Below the pieces are notes generated by a model. The model was not told where the DNA came from. It was given only the letters and a program-made list of their open reading frames with translations, and made no database searches. A stretch of DNA of 64,000 bases from positions 96,001 to 160,000 of the forward strand of contig JBPOFY010000002.1 of the NCBI GenBank assembly GCA_051252375.1, given 5' to 3'. Both the position numbers and the translations under genes were made by a program. The stretch comes from Opitutaceae bacterium (GTDB lineage Bacteria > Verrucomicrobiota > Verrucomicrobiia > Opitutales > Coraliomargaritaceae). This document shows positions 50,044 through 60,700 of this stretch, one piece after another. Numbering within the stretch: the first letter of the stretch is position 1; each line of letters begins with the position of its first letter.

Positions 50044-51477
50044 ATGTCTTTACTCTTCGCACCCTACTTTGACAAGAGTCCGACGCTGAAACTGCTACGG
50101 AGCCCAAGCGCGTGCTTTGTGCTGGGTTTCTTCTTCATGAGTTTTAAGGAGAATGGTCTAACGCAGATTCCTGAAGAAGATTTGGAAGCCCTACTCGACA
50201 AGCATTTGCAGGAAGCACGGACAGTCGACGTAGACGTGAGGCCGCGTGAGGCGAAATACTACTTAAACCAGTGGTGCGAAGATAGCCACCGTCTCTTGCA
50301 AAAGCGATTTGTCGAGGAGCAGAGTAGTTATGTCTACCAGTTAACTCAGCATAGTGAAAAGGCCTTGGCCTGGGTCGAAGATTTGCGCCGTGGCGATAGG
50401 CGTGGATACACCACCTCCGATTCTCGTTTTACGCGAATCGTTTCCGAACTACGACGCATCGAGCGCGACACCAATGCAGATCCTGAAGCGCGGCGCAAGG
50501 AACTGCTTAAAAAGCGAGACTCTATTGATGCGGAGCTCCAGCAATTAAGAGAAACCGGCAAGGTCGATACGCTCGACCCAACTGCAGTGAAAGATGCACT
50601 GCACGATCTGGAAACAGATATAGACGAATTCCTTAGCGACTTTCGGTCGATAGAAGAAACCTTCCGTGAGCAGGCGCGTGACATTCAGAATTTGCATCTA
50701 GAGCAGCAGCTATCTAAGGGCGATCTCGTCGAACATGTGCTAGACGCTGATGAGGCTTTACGCAACCGCGATCAAGGGCGGAGCTATTTTGGGTTTCGTG
50801 AGTCGATCACCTCCGTTGAAAATCGAGAGGAACTTTTAGCACTGGCAAAACGCGCCGCCGAACTGGCGCAAGCACATGAGTTAGATGCGCATATTTTCCA
50901 ACAACTGCCAAAGCGCCTATATGATGAAGTGTCGAGTGTTGCGGGAATCTATCGGCGTATCTCGGGTCAATTGCGACGCGTAGTGGAAGAGCAGTCTTCG
51001 CAGCAGACACGCTACCTAATGGAACTCCTCGGTGAAGTGCGCTCGTTAGCACATGGCTGTGGTGAATTGCCTACGGATATTGAGCTTCATCAATGGGAAG
51101 ATCCGCTTCGTTTTAATAATTTGATGGAGGTAGGTTACTGGGAGGCCTCCGAGACTACGCGCTTCGGAGAGATCACGGATGCAGCGACGGACGCGGCATC
51201 GCTTAAAGATGCCCTGGGCTGCATAGGCAAGCCCTTGGATTTGCCCAAATACCGAAAGCGTGTGACTGAAGTCCTGAAAGAACAGCCTCAGGTGAGCTTA
51301 CGCGAATTGGTCGAGCGCTATCCAGTCGAGTCGGGAATCGTCGATGTGGTCGCCTATGTCGCGGTCGCTGGCGAAGGTTCACAGAATGTATTTTATCCGG
51401 AAACAATGCGCATTGACCTAAATCGTGAGGTGCAACCCCGCTTTGCCGAACTTGAAAAAATCGTCTTTTTAAAATGA
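50044..51477 (+). CDS. jetA: Wadjet JetA (DUF3375)
   Basis: LKLLRSPSA, DSRFTRIV..NADPEARR, DQGRSYFGF; first gene of a jetABCD operon. Confidence 0.88.
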   Translation: MSLLFAPYFDKSPTLKLLRSPSACFVLGFFFMSFKENGLTQIPEEDLEALLDKHLQEARTVDVDVRPREAKYYLNQWCEDSHRLLQKRFVEEQSSYVYQLTQHSEKALAWVEDLRRGDRRGYTTSDSRFTRIVSELRRIERDTNADPEARRKELLKKRDSIDAELQQLRETGKVDTLDPTAVKDALHDLETDIDEFLSDFRSIEETFREQARDIQNLHLEQQLSKGDLVEHVLDADEALRNRDQGRSYFGFRESITSVENREELLALAKRAAELAQAHELDAHIFQQLPKRLYDEVSSVAGIYRRISGQLRRVVEEQSSQQTRYLMELLGEVRSLAHGCGELPTDIELHQWEDPLRFNNLMEVGYWEASETTRFGEITDAATDAASLKDALGCIGKPLDLPKYRKRVTEVLKEQPQVSLRELVERYPVESGIVDVVAYVAVAGEGSQNVFYPETMRIDLNREVQPRFAELEKIVFLK

Positions 51478-52127
51478 ATTCACCTATCATCACAATTCGT
51501 CACGTCATCGTCCAACTCGTGCGTGGACCACTCTATCAGGAGGAGACCGACCTATGGGCTCGCTTGTTGCGGGATCGCCACCAAGTAGAAACTCATTTCC
51601 ATCTCATGGGTCTAAGTTTAGTGATGGATGAGGACGCAGGCTATGCCTTCCTTCGGAATGAATCCAACGAGGACGAGCAGGAGGAAACACAAGAGGACAA
51701 TAACAGTGAAGCCCCCCTGCCCCGTCTAATGCGGCGCACCCCATTGTCATTCCTCCCCACAGTGTTATTGACTGAGTTGCGGGAGCGTTTGCTCCGGCAC
51801 GACCAATCGACAGATGGCACAGATTACCTCTATCTTGAATTCGGAGACATTCTGGAATTCATGCGCCCCTATTGTGACGAAACGGGCAACGAGCAGAAGA
51901 CTGAGAAGAAGGTGAAAGCTGCAGTTTCACGACTGTCTGAGCTATCGGTGTTGCGCCATGTTCCGAATCGAAACGAAGTGATCTATCGTGTGCAGCCGAT
52001 CCTACGGGCGAAACTGCCCGTTGATCAGATCGAGTCAATCCGCAGCCGCTTGAAAGCACACCTTGGAAAGAATGATGGATCAACGGAAGCAGATACGGAT
52101 ATCAACGAGGAGAACGCAGACGCATGA
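51474..52127 (+). CDS. jetB: Wadjet JetB (DUF4194)
   Basis: QLVRGPLY, LVMDEDAGYAFL, RLMRRTPLSF. Confidence 0.88.
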   Translation: MNSPIITIRHVIVQLVRGPLYQEETDLWARLLRDRHQVETHFHLMGLSLVMDEDAGYAFLRNESNEDEQEETQEDNNSEAPLPRLMRRTPLSFLPTVLLTELRERLLRHDQSTDGTDYLYLEFGDILEFMRPYCDETGNEQKTEKKVKAAVSRLSELSVLRHVPNRNEVIYRVQPILRAKLPVDQIESIRSRLKAHLGKNDGSTEADTDINEENADA

Positions 52128-55100
52128 ATCACAAACCACAAGCCACACTCGAATTTTCGCCTGACAGATCCACAGCTGGTTTCCGGCTCCATCACTTCTC
52201 TGTCCTAAACTGGGGCACCTTTCATGGCCGTATCCATAGCTTTTCTCCCAATGGTCGCACGAGCCTTTTGAGTGGCGGGAATGGTGCCGGTAAATCGACG
52301 CTGGCAGATGCGGTGCTCACACTGCTGATCGATAGTCGCAAGCGTAACTATAATCAGGCTTCCGCTGGTGGTGGCGAACGTAAGCAGAAGAAAGAGCGTA
52401 ACGAGAAAGATTACGTCCTTGGCACCTATTCGGAGGAGCATGATCAAGATCGTGGCTACGGTCGCCCCAAGCAGCTACGCAAAGCTGGAGAATCGGTAAC
52501 CGTGCTGTTGGCTTACTTCTACAACGAGACTTACCAACAGCACGTAACATTGGCTCAAGTGCTTTGGCTTACGCCTGCTAAGAAATTGGAGCGTGCCTTT
52601 ATTGTGGCTAAGAAGAAATTGAGCATTGAAGATGACTTCAACGACCTAGGGAGCCCCTCGGAAGTGCGTCAAAAACTGAAGGAACGTGCGCTGGATCCAC
52701 TGGACACCTTCACCCTCTACTCGCAGCGCTTTCACGAAGCACTCTACCTATCGGCTGAGAAAAACCCGATGGATATTTTCAATCAGGCGGTGTGCATTAA
52801 GGACATCAGTAACCTCACCAATTTCATTCGTGAGTATATGCTGGATGATGGCGGTGCGCCTAAGAAGCTGGAAGAGCTTCGCGATAATTTCGAAGAATTA
52901 CGCCGCACCTATGAGCGTATTGAGCGTGCGAAACAACGCTTGGATCGTCTCAATGAAATTCATAGGCTTCACAACACGGTTCAAATCCAGGAAGATCAGA
53001 TCGAGCACTGGCAAAGCTGTATCGAGGCCGCTCCGCTTTTTTTCGCTGAGACCGAGTTGAAGCTACGAACCACAGATGCTGAGGAAATCGAACGTGAGTT
53101 GGTAAAGGCTCGCGCCGAAGAAACGTCAGAGAGTCTAAAGGCAGAAGCGCAGCAAGAACGCATACAACAGCTGACCGTTGCCATTGAATCCAGCGAAACG
53201 GGGCGCCGCCTGCAGCAGATAAAAACTGAACTCGCGCAGTTACAGCTACAGGTTAAGCCAAGACAGGATTGTCACCGGAAATTCACATCGAGAGCCGAGA
53301 AGTGGAGAACTGGCACGATCTGCCAATCCGAGACGGGTTTTTTACAAATATTGGCAGAGTCCAAGAAAGACACGAAGCGGCTGGGGAAAATGTCTAAAGA
53401 ACACGGACAGCAACTCGATCAGAAAAACGCAGAATGCAATGAGCTGACCCTCCAGCAAGAGCAGATTAGCGCTCAAATCCGCAGTCTGCAGGAGCGCGAG
53501 GGAAATATCGATGACAAGTTCGCTCGCGTGCGTAGCAGCATCGCCAAAGCTTTAGGTGTTGGCCCGAAAGAACTTCCGTTCGTGGGTGAGTTGGTCCAAG
53601 TCAAAGAGACCGAAACAAAATGGACAGGAGCCATCGAACGACTGGTTCACAGTTTTGCACTTTGCGTGCTCGTGCCAGGGCGGCTACGTAAACAGATGGA
53701 TCAATACGTGCACCAGACAAACCTCAGGGGGCTGTTGGTATACCATGTAGTGGAAAGCGGTGCTCGCAGCCAGAACCCGCAACTGCCGCCAGCTGCCGTT
53801 GCCATCAAACTGGAAATCCATGCAGATGCGGGCGAGTTCGACGCCTGGCTCAGTTCTGAGCTTAGCTATCGTTACGACCACCTTTGCTGCGATACACCAG
53901 ACGATTCATTCAGTCGGTCGAAGACCGCAATCACGTTAAATGGGCTCATCAAACAACGTGGCACTGAACGACGTAAAGATGATCGTCACGACATCAATGA
54001 CCGCACCCGCGATGTGCTAGGCTGGGATAATTCTACAAAAATCAAAGCACTCCAAGAGCGACATAAGGCGCAGGAGACAACACGATCCGAGTTGCTTACG
54101 AGCATTCACACATTAGGTAACACCAAGTCGGGCATCGATTCCACCCTTCAGGCTGCAGAATCCCTCCCAGATATTGCCAGCGACTGGGAGACCGTGGATT
54201 ATTTCACCCCAGTCATGGCGCAGGATGAGTTGAAACAAGAGCAGCAGAAACTCGAATCTAGTTCAGATGAACAAAGCAGCTTACAAGAGCAACTCAAGGA
54301 AGCGAAGGAAGCCAAAGATCGGGCAAGTGAAAGCAGTAAAAATGCAAGAGAGCGGCTGGGCAGTTGGAAAAACAGACTGGATCAGAACAACCACGGCATG
54401 CAGGGCTGTCAGACCATTATTGACTTGGCCAATGAGAATCCGGAGCAAATGCACATTCTCCAAGAGCGCATGCCCGTGCTGAACAAGTTATTAGATATTC
54501 CAGCTACAAGCGTTTCATCGCTGCAATCGGCAAAGGCTCAAACGAGCAGTGAGCTTGAAAGTAAGCGGGGCAAAGCCAATCGCATGCGAAACGATGCGGG
54601 TAATGACGCTAAGCTCGAAATGCAGCGTTTTCTCGATGAAGTGAAAAACGAAGAGCCGAAACTGCACGACGAACTCTACAACGATGGGATGGCGGCCCCT
54701 GGGTATAATGATGAACTCTTTCAACCATTTGAGAGCCTCCGCATGAGGATCGAGGGAGATGACCTTCCGAAGAACCAGAAACGTTTCAATCGTTTGCTTC
54801 AGACAAATCTAATTGAGGATGTATGTAGTTTTGATGGATTACTCGGTCAGCATGCTGAAACAATAAAAAGACGAATCGAAGACCTGAACCTCCATTTAAA
54901 GGAAGTCGATTTTGACCGAAATAAACATACCTACATACAACTGGTTCCTGAAAGGACAGACGATGACAAGCAGAAGCAATTTCGCGGCCTCAGAAAGTAT
55001 GCCTTAGAAAATATTGTTCGCGAAGAGAATACCGACGAAGAACGCACAGAGCGATTTAATCGAGTGCGCCATTTGCTAGATGAGCTCAGCAAAGATGAAA

Positions 55101-55558
55101 AATGGACTCAGCAGGTGATTGATGTTCGAAACTGGTTTAACTTTCGAGCAGACGAATTCTATCGAGAAAATGATGAGAGCTTCCAGTGTTACTCTGGTGC
55201 CTCCGGCAAGTCTGGTGGAGAGAAAAATCGACTCGCCTCGACGATTTTGGCCACCGCGATCGCCTATCAATATGGGATCTCACTCAATAACGAACACCAA
55301 ACCGAGACTTTTCGTTTAGTCGTCGTTGATGAAATGTTTAGTAAGACAGATGATGAATTTTCAACCTACTTGCTAGAGTTATTTAAACAGTTCAGCTTGC
55401 AACTCATCATCGTGCAGCCCTTGGACTCTAAGGTGCACCTCGTGCAGAAGTATGTAGAACGCTACCACATTGTTACCCGACCTAATGTGCATTCGGAGAT
55501 TCATAACTTGGACGTGCACGAATACGAAAAGCTGATGAAAGAAGTTGCTGAATCATGA
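52124..55558 (+). CDS. jetC: Wadjet JetC SMC-like ATPase
   Basis: GFRLHHFSVLNWGTF, GGNGAGKST, LPFVGEL, KSGGEK, VVDEMF. Confidence 0.92.
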   Translation: MNHKPQATLEFSPDRSTAGFRLHHFSVLNWGTFHGRIHSFSPNGRTSLLSGGNGAGKSTLADAVLTLLIDSRKRNYNQASAGGGERKQKKERNEKDYVLGTYSEEHDQDRGYGRPKQLRKAGESVTVLLAYFYNETYQQHVTLAQVLWLTPAKKLERAFIVAKKKLSIEDDFNDLGSPSEVRQKLKERALDPLDTFTLYSQRFHEALYLSAEKNPMDIFNQAVCIKDISNLTNFIREYMLDDGGAPKKLEELRDNFEELRRTYERIERAKQRLDRLNEIHRLHNTVQIQEDQIEHWQSCIEAAPLFFAETELKLRTTDAEEIERELVKARAEETSESLKAEAQQERIQQLTVAIESSETGRRLQQIKTELAQLQLQVKPRQDCHRKFTSRAEKWRTGTICQSETGFLQILAESKKDTKRLGKMSKEHGQQLDQKNAECNELTLQQEQISAQIRSLQEREGNIDDKFARVRSSIAKALGVGPKELPFVGELVQVKETETKWTGAIERLVHSFALCVLVPGRLRKQMDQYVHQTNLRGLLVYHVVESGARSQNPQLPPAAVAIKLEIHADAGEFDAWLSSELSYRYDHLCCDTPDDSFSRSKTAITLNGLIKQRGTERRKDDRHDINDRTRDVLGWDNSTKIKALQERHKAQETTRSELLTSIHTLGNTKSGIDSTLQAAESLPDIASDWETVDYFTPVMAQDELKQEQQKLESSSDEQSSLQEQLKEAKEAKDRASESSKNARERLGSWKNRLDQNNHGMQGCQTIIDLANENPEQMHILQERMPVLNKLLDIPATSVSSLQSAKAQTSSELESKRGKANRMRNDAGNDAKLEMQRFLDEVKNEEPKLHDELYNDGMAAPGYNDELFQPFESLRMRIEGDDLPKNQKRFNRLLQTNLIEDVCSFDGLLGQHAETIKRRIEDLNLHLKEVDFDRNKHTYIQLVPERTDDDKQKQFRGLRKYALENIVREENTDEERTERFNRVRHLLDELSKDEKWTQQVIDVRNWFNFRADEFYRENDESFQCYSGASGKSGGEKNRLASTILATAIAYQYGISLNNEHQTETFRLVVVDEMFSKTDDEFSTYLLELFKQFSLQLIIVQPLDSKVHLVQKYVERYHIVTRPNVHSEIHNLDVHEYEKLMKEVAES

Positions 55559-56724
55559 CCTTGGAACAGCTCAAATCGAAGGCAGCACGTAAGCTCAATG
55601 ATGTCTTGCGTTCCCTGATACTGGGCGAAGATATCTTCCCTCTAGTAATTCCCATTGCAAAACCGAAAACCACGGCGGACGTAATGAAACTAAGAGAAAC
55701 GATTCGCTTAATTAAATCGCAGAGTCGCGAAGTGCTAGGCTACGGATTCACGGTTGAGTGGCAGATCGTAAACTCGCGGCGGCATGGACAGAATGAATTC
55801 CCTAAAAAACTCAGCTTTAACAATGCTGAGGATTTCCTGAGGTATGTTGGAGCGACTGATGAAGCAGGACGAATTTCATCGAATGTGGAAACCATTTTAG
55901 AACACTACCCTAGGGCGAAAGTCTGGTGTGCATCTAATCTAAGCCTAATAAGAAAAGAGGCCGAAGTAATCCGCCACGCGATGTTGGTAGTAGAATACCT
56001 AAAAGATAATCGAGCCCCAAACTGTTACGCTCGCCAGTTGCCAATAACTGTTCCCACCAAATTTATTGAGCAAGAGCGCAAGCTATTGGACTCATTCATG
56101 CAAGACCAACTCCCCCAGTGTTATGTTCAGGGCGATGGAACATTCGAAGATCGGATTGGTTTACTGACAAAAGAAAGTTTGATCGAATTCCGATCTTTGG
56201 ACTCCGAGATTAACTCGCTCCCCTTTCGACATGCAATGGCAACTGCCAAAGAGATGGCCGACAAACCCGAACTATTTCAAGCATTCGAAACAGTATTAGT
56301 CATTGAAAACCATATTACATTCCTGACTGCTCCCAGCCTTCCAAACACGCTCGCGATAATGGGAAATGGTTTTGCAGCACATCGACTCGGACAAGTCCAT
56401 TGGCTCTCAGGGAAGCGGCTACTCTACTGGGGCGACATCGACCTTTCAGGTTTTTCAATTTTAGCCAAGTTTCGCCAAAGTTACCCAACTACAGCTTCTG
56501 TAATGATGGATCAGATCACTTTTGATAGATTCTGTGACCTACAGCAATATCATCAAGCAGACCAAACAATCCAAGACACTCAACTCAAGAACTTGTCAGT
56601 AGAGGAAACTGCTTTAGTCGGTAAACTTAAACTAAATGGAGGTTTGCGACTCGAACAGGAGCACATTGATTATTCTTATGCGAAAGAAACTTTAAAGGCA
56701 TCGATCTCTACAGCTTTAAGCTAA
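55555..56724 (+). CDS. jetD: Wadjet JetD Toprim nuclease (DUF3322/DUF2220)
   Basis: YARQLP..TKFIE, VIEN, YWGDIDLSGF, RLEQE. Confidence 0.92.
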   Translation: MTLEQLKSKAARKLNDVLRSLILGEDIFPLVIPIAKPKTTADVMKLRETIRLIKSQSREVLGYGFTVEWQIVNSRRHGQNEFPKKLSFNNAEDFLRYVGATDEAGRISSNVETILEHYPRAKVWCASNLSLIRKEAEVIRHAMLVVEYLKDNRAPNCYARQLPITVPTKFIEQERKLLDSFMQDQLPQCYVQGDGTFEDRIGLLTKESLIEFRSLDSEINSLPFRHAMATAKEMADKPELFQAFETVLVIENHITFLTAPSLPNTLAIMGNGFAAHRLGQVHWLSGKRLLYWGDIDLSGFSILAKFRQSYPTTASVMMDQITFDRFCDLQQYHQADQTIQDTQLKNLSVEETALVGKLKLNGGLRLEQEHIDYSYAKETLKASISTALS

Positions 56725-56761
56725 AAGAACCGATCCAAATAATAGCTCGTTGAAGAACCCA

Positions 56762-57649
56762 ATGTCTCTCCCCTATACTAAACTCAACCCCAACAAGTCG
56801 AAGGCTAAGGGCTACGCACCGCACAAGCCATTACTGCTACTCTGCATCATCGACTTAGCAGAAGCAGGAGAACTCGATCCTCCGCTTTTATTCAAAACGC
56901 CAGGTCTGCGGCTACGTTTCGATAGCTACTGGGCGATCTGCCAACCGCGTTGGGGCGGATTGCCAGGACTCGACCTCCCCTTCCATCACCTAAGCTCTCA
57001 AGGATTCTGGCAGGCACTCACAAAGGAAGGCACACCAAGTCGTGGACCTCGTAGCACACATCATGTAAATCTGGATGACGAATTTATCGCAGACTTGAGC
57101 GATGCCACGCGACGCGATCAAATCCGCCGACAATTGGTTGAGACGTGGTTCCCTGAGATCGAGCAGCGGGCACTCTACTCCGCGCTCGGCTTCACCACCG
57201 CAAAGCTGAATCAAATCGAATGGTCCGAAGCACCGGACACTGGCCTCGAATCCACTGGGCGCGATGCCCGCTTCCGCGTGACTGTAGTGACGCAGTATCG
57301 CTTCACTTGCGCGCTGACTGGCTATGGACTCCACACACAGCAAGGGCACGCCCTGGTCGAAGCCGCGCATATTCATCAGTTTGCGAAAAGTAAGAATAAC
57401 AATGCCGACAACGGACTGGCGCTCTCACGTGACGCGCACTGGATGTTCGACCGCGGCCTCTGGACCATTTCAGAGACCAATCGAATCATAGTAGCCGACG
57501 AAATCTTCGAAGAATGGGGACCTGAAGCCGAGTGGCTCAAGGTAAAGCACCACGTCCCGGTAGTCTTCCACCAAAGCAGCGCACTCCGGCCGTTAGGGAA
57601 GCACCTTGCATGGCACCGAGCAAATGTTTTCAATCATGTAGACAGCTAA
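56762..57649 (+). CDS. HNH endonuclease with sulfur-binding-domain-like N-terminus (putative phosphorothioate-dependent restriction)
   Basis: APHKPLLLL and PFHHL N-terminal motifs; RDARFR..Y..CALTG..EAAHI..NGLALSRDAHWMFDRG. Alternative TTG start at 56750. Confidence 0.75.
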   Translation: MSLPYTKLNPNKSKAKGYAPHKPLLLLCIIDLAEAGELDPPLLFKTPGLRLRFDSYWAICQPRWGGLPGLDLPFHHLSSQGFWQALTKEGTPSRGPRSTHHVNLDDEFIADLSDATRRDQIRRQLVETWFPEIEQRALYSALGFTTAKLNQIEWSEAPDTGLESTGRDARFRVTVVTQYRFTCALTGYGLHTQQGHALVEAAHIHQFAKSKNNNADNGLALSRDAHWMFDRGLWTISETNRIIVADEIFEEWGPEAEWLKVKHHVPVVFHQSSALRPLGKHLAWHRANVFNHVDS

Positions 57650-57703
57650 TGTCCGACCTCTGCCTTAGGATCAATTTTACTTAATTACACCAAAAACAAT
57701 ATC

Positions 57704-60700
57704 ATGGCACGAATCAGCGATCACAATATCACCCCAATCTTGGATGCAGCAGAGAAGTGGAAAAACACCTGCCTTACTGGAGAAGGATCAGTCTTCGGCA
57801 ATGAGCCTATCTGGTCAAAAGCACTACTCGATGAGTTCGATGAGCACTTCATCCAGAAGCCGGATTTTGGAGAAGATGACTTTTACACCAAATGGGAGAA
57901 ACAGGTGAAGGCTGGGAGTAAACAACTAGCCAAACTGGCCGCTGAGATCCTTTGGCTTCACTACCTCTTCCCTTCAAATGTAAACCACAAGACCAAGGTG
58001 GATCAAATCTGCCAGGTTTATCTATGGTCAGGGGAACAACTGGATCCTAAGCACCCCATGCTGGAGGCACTTATGTCCGGAGTCGGAAGCGCAGGAATGG
58101 GATACAACATGAGGCGTCCTGATGAAATTGAGTATCTCCTCAGGATCGTGGTGACATTCAGAAACCTTGATTCTAAACAACAGGATACCTTATTGGCGGA
58201 TCCTTGGGCTTTCTCAAACTGGCTAGACACGGCCAGCGACTCAATCAACCAGTCGAGCCGCCTATTCCGGCACATTCTAGTTTTCCTTCTCTTCCCAGAT
58301 GAGATGGAACGAATCGCATCTAAGAACCACAAGGAAAAGATTCTGGAGTGCTGGAAGGAACTAGCAAAAGGCGCACCTATTGCCGAGAAGGACTCCAAGC
58401 TCGTTACCCTGGACAAGCAATTGCTGAAAATCCGACAGCACTTGGAAAAGGAATCCGGAGGCGAGCCGATGGATTTCTATTATGACAAATGGTTTCCTAA
58501 ATGGGACCCGAAGGCAGCAAAGCCCACTGCTGTTGACGAAGATGGCAGTAGCTACGGGGATCTTCACCCCCTGATGCAGCGCTTTCAGTCGATCATGCCG
58601 GACTTCGTAGATTTCGAGAACCCTGGTAAGAAATTTAAAGAGGAAGAACTAAAATATAAGCATGATCTGTTGAACGCGTTCCAAGCGAAGCAATCTTCGA
58701 TTGAAGCAAAACTAGACAAGGACGATGCACTTGGTGCCATCGAAGATCTTAAACGGCTGATCACCAAAACAAACCTAGTGAACTGGCGTGGCTGGGATTT
58801 GATGTTTGGTAAACCGGTCAATGAACACGCAAGCTTCGAATTGCTTCAGGAGATTCGCGACTTGAGCCAAGGTGCCTATTCGAAGGACAAGCTGGAACCA
58901 ATCTTTTCGATTATGAAGGAACATGGATTGAAGCCTGGTTGGACGCTACCGACCCTTTTACTCTGGTTGTGGAATCCTGACGAATACTACCCGGTTAAAA
59001 GCAGCTATATTCGCGACTTCTCCTCAAAACTTGGCAATAAGCTTAAGATGGTTGCTCCAGCCCCGGAGCCAATGGAGGAGTTCATGCAATTAGGCCGAGA
59101 CACGTGGAAAATGCTCACTCCATGGAAGCCAAAAGATTGGGTCGACGTACAATCATTCATGTGGGTGATGGCTCGTCAGGGTCCTATCGAAGATTCAGTC
59201 ACCACGACCAAGGACAGCCGCATCTGGATCTTGGCCCCAGGAGAGAACGCCTACCTGTGGGATGAGATGCGCGAGGAAGGCATCGCGGCGATTGGATGGG
59301 ATGAGTTAGGCGACCTCACTGAGTATGAGAGCCGAGAGGCCTTAAATGCAGAATTAAAGGCGCTCCGAGGAGAGGATCGCACGCCTTCGAACGACAGCCT
59401 AGCCTGTTGGCAGTTTCGTGACTCGATTCAACCGGGCGACTGGATCGTGGCAAAAAATGGCATCAGCGAAATCTTGGGCTATGGAGTCGTCACTTCTTCC
59501 TATCGGCACGACTCAGACCGAGAGGTGTACCGAAACATTGTCGATGTGGATTGGAAGCTGAATGACCATTGGGACGTATCCCCCATAAAACTACCGATCA
59601 AAACTTTAACCGACATCACCGATGACAAAGCAATGGTGCGCAACCTACTAAAGCTTATGAATGTGGAACTCCCTCCATTTGCGAATGATGGAACGGCCTC
59701 TAATGACAAAGAGCTCGCCGCCCCATTCGACGATTGCTTCGAATCCGTAGAAGAAGCCAACGCCCTACTTGACCTCTGCGTGATCGGGATGAGAGAATTC
59801 GGACTGGACGCAGAAACCCAGGATGATCCTAGGCTAGCCATCACACTACCGCAAAAGATTACAGGCAGAACGGGCACCTTGAGATTCAACTTAGGAAACT
59901 GGATAGCCTTCAGCATAATAAAGCGGAAAGACGGCCAACGACTCTTTCAGTTTAATTGCCTCATTGAGCATGTGCCCGAATACAATCTGGATCCAGAAAT
60001 CCTTAAGGAATCAAAAGCTGCAGGGCTCGATACCGCCCTAATTCGCGTTCCTGTCTCCGAGGCGCTCACGCCCGAGTTTGAAGTAATTTTCAAAGCATCC
60101 ATGCAAGCGTTTGGGAAGATGTTCAAGAATTGGAAAGGCACCCCATTTCGCCAACACCACTTGCAAAAGCTATACGGACTTTTCTTTGATCTCGAACGTC
60201 GCAGAGCTTTACTGACCAAAGGCCTACGCGAGGAACCGATCGACAAGATTGCACCTCCACCTATCGTTGATCTGATTGAAAAATACGAAAAAACTGACGC
60301 GCTAAAAGAACTCTTCATCGACGAAGTTACCTACGACCGCATGGCGACATTGCTACGCCGCAAGAAAAACTTAATCCTTCAGGGGCCTCCAGGGGTCGGC
60401 AAAAGTTTCCTAGCCAAGCGACTCGCTCAATCGTTGATGGGTGAGAAGGATGCAAACCGTGTCACCATGATCCAATTCCACCAATCCTACGCCTACGAGG
60501 ATTTCATCCAGGGCTTCCGCCCCAGTGGTGGAGACGGCGCGAGCTTCGAGAAGCGCAATGGCGTCTTCTATCGCTTCTGCAAAAAAGCAGAAGGCAACCC
60601 AGACCAGGATTACTACTTTATCATCGACGAGATTAACCGGGGCAACCTCAGTCGTATTTTCGGCGAATTGATGCTGCTCATCGAACCCGACAAGCGAGGT

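Noticed and set aside
50044..56724. Chromosome condensin MukBEF
   Set aside because: The fourth gene is a JetD Toprim nuclease and the context is a defence island.
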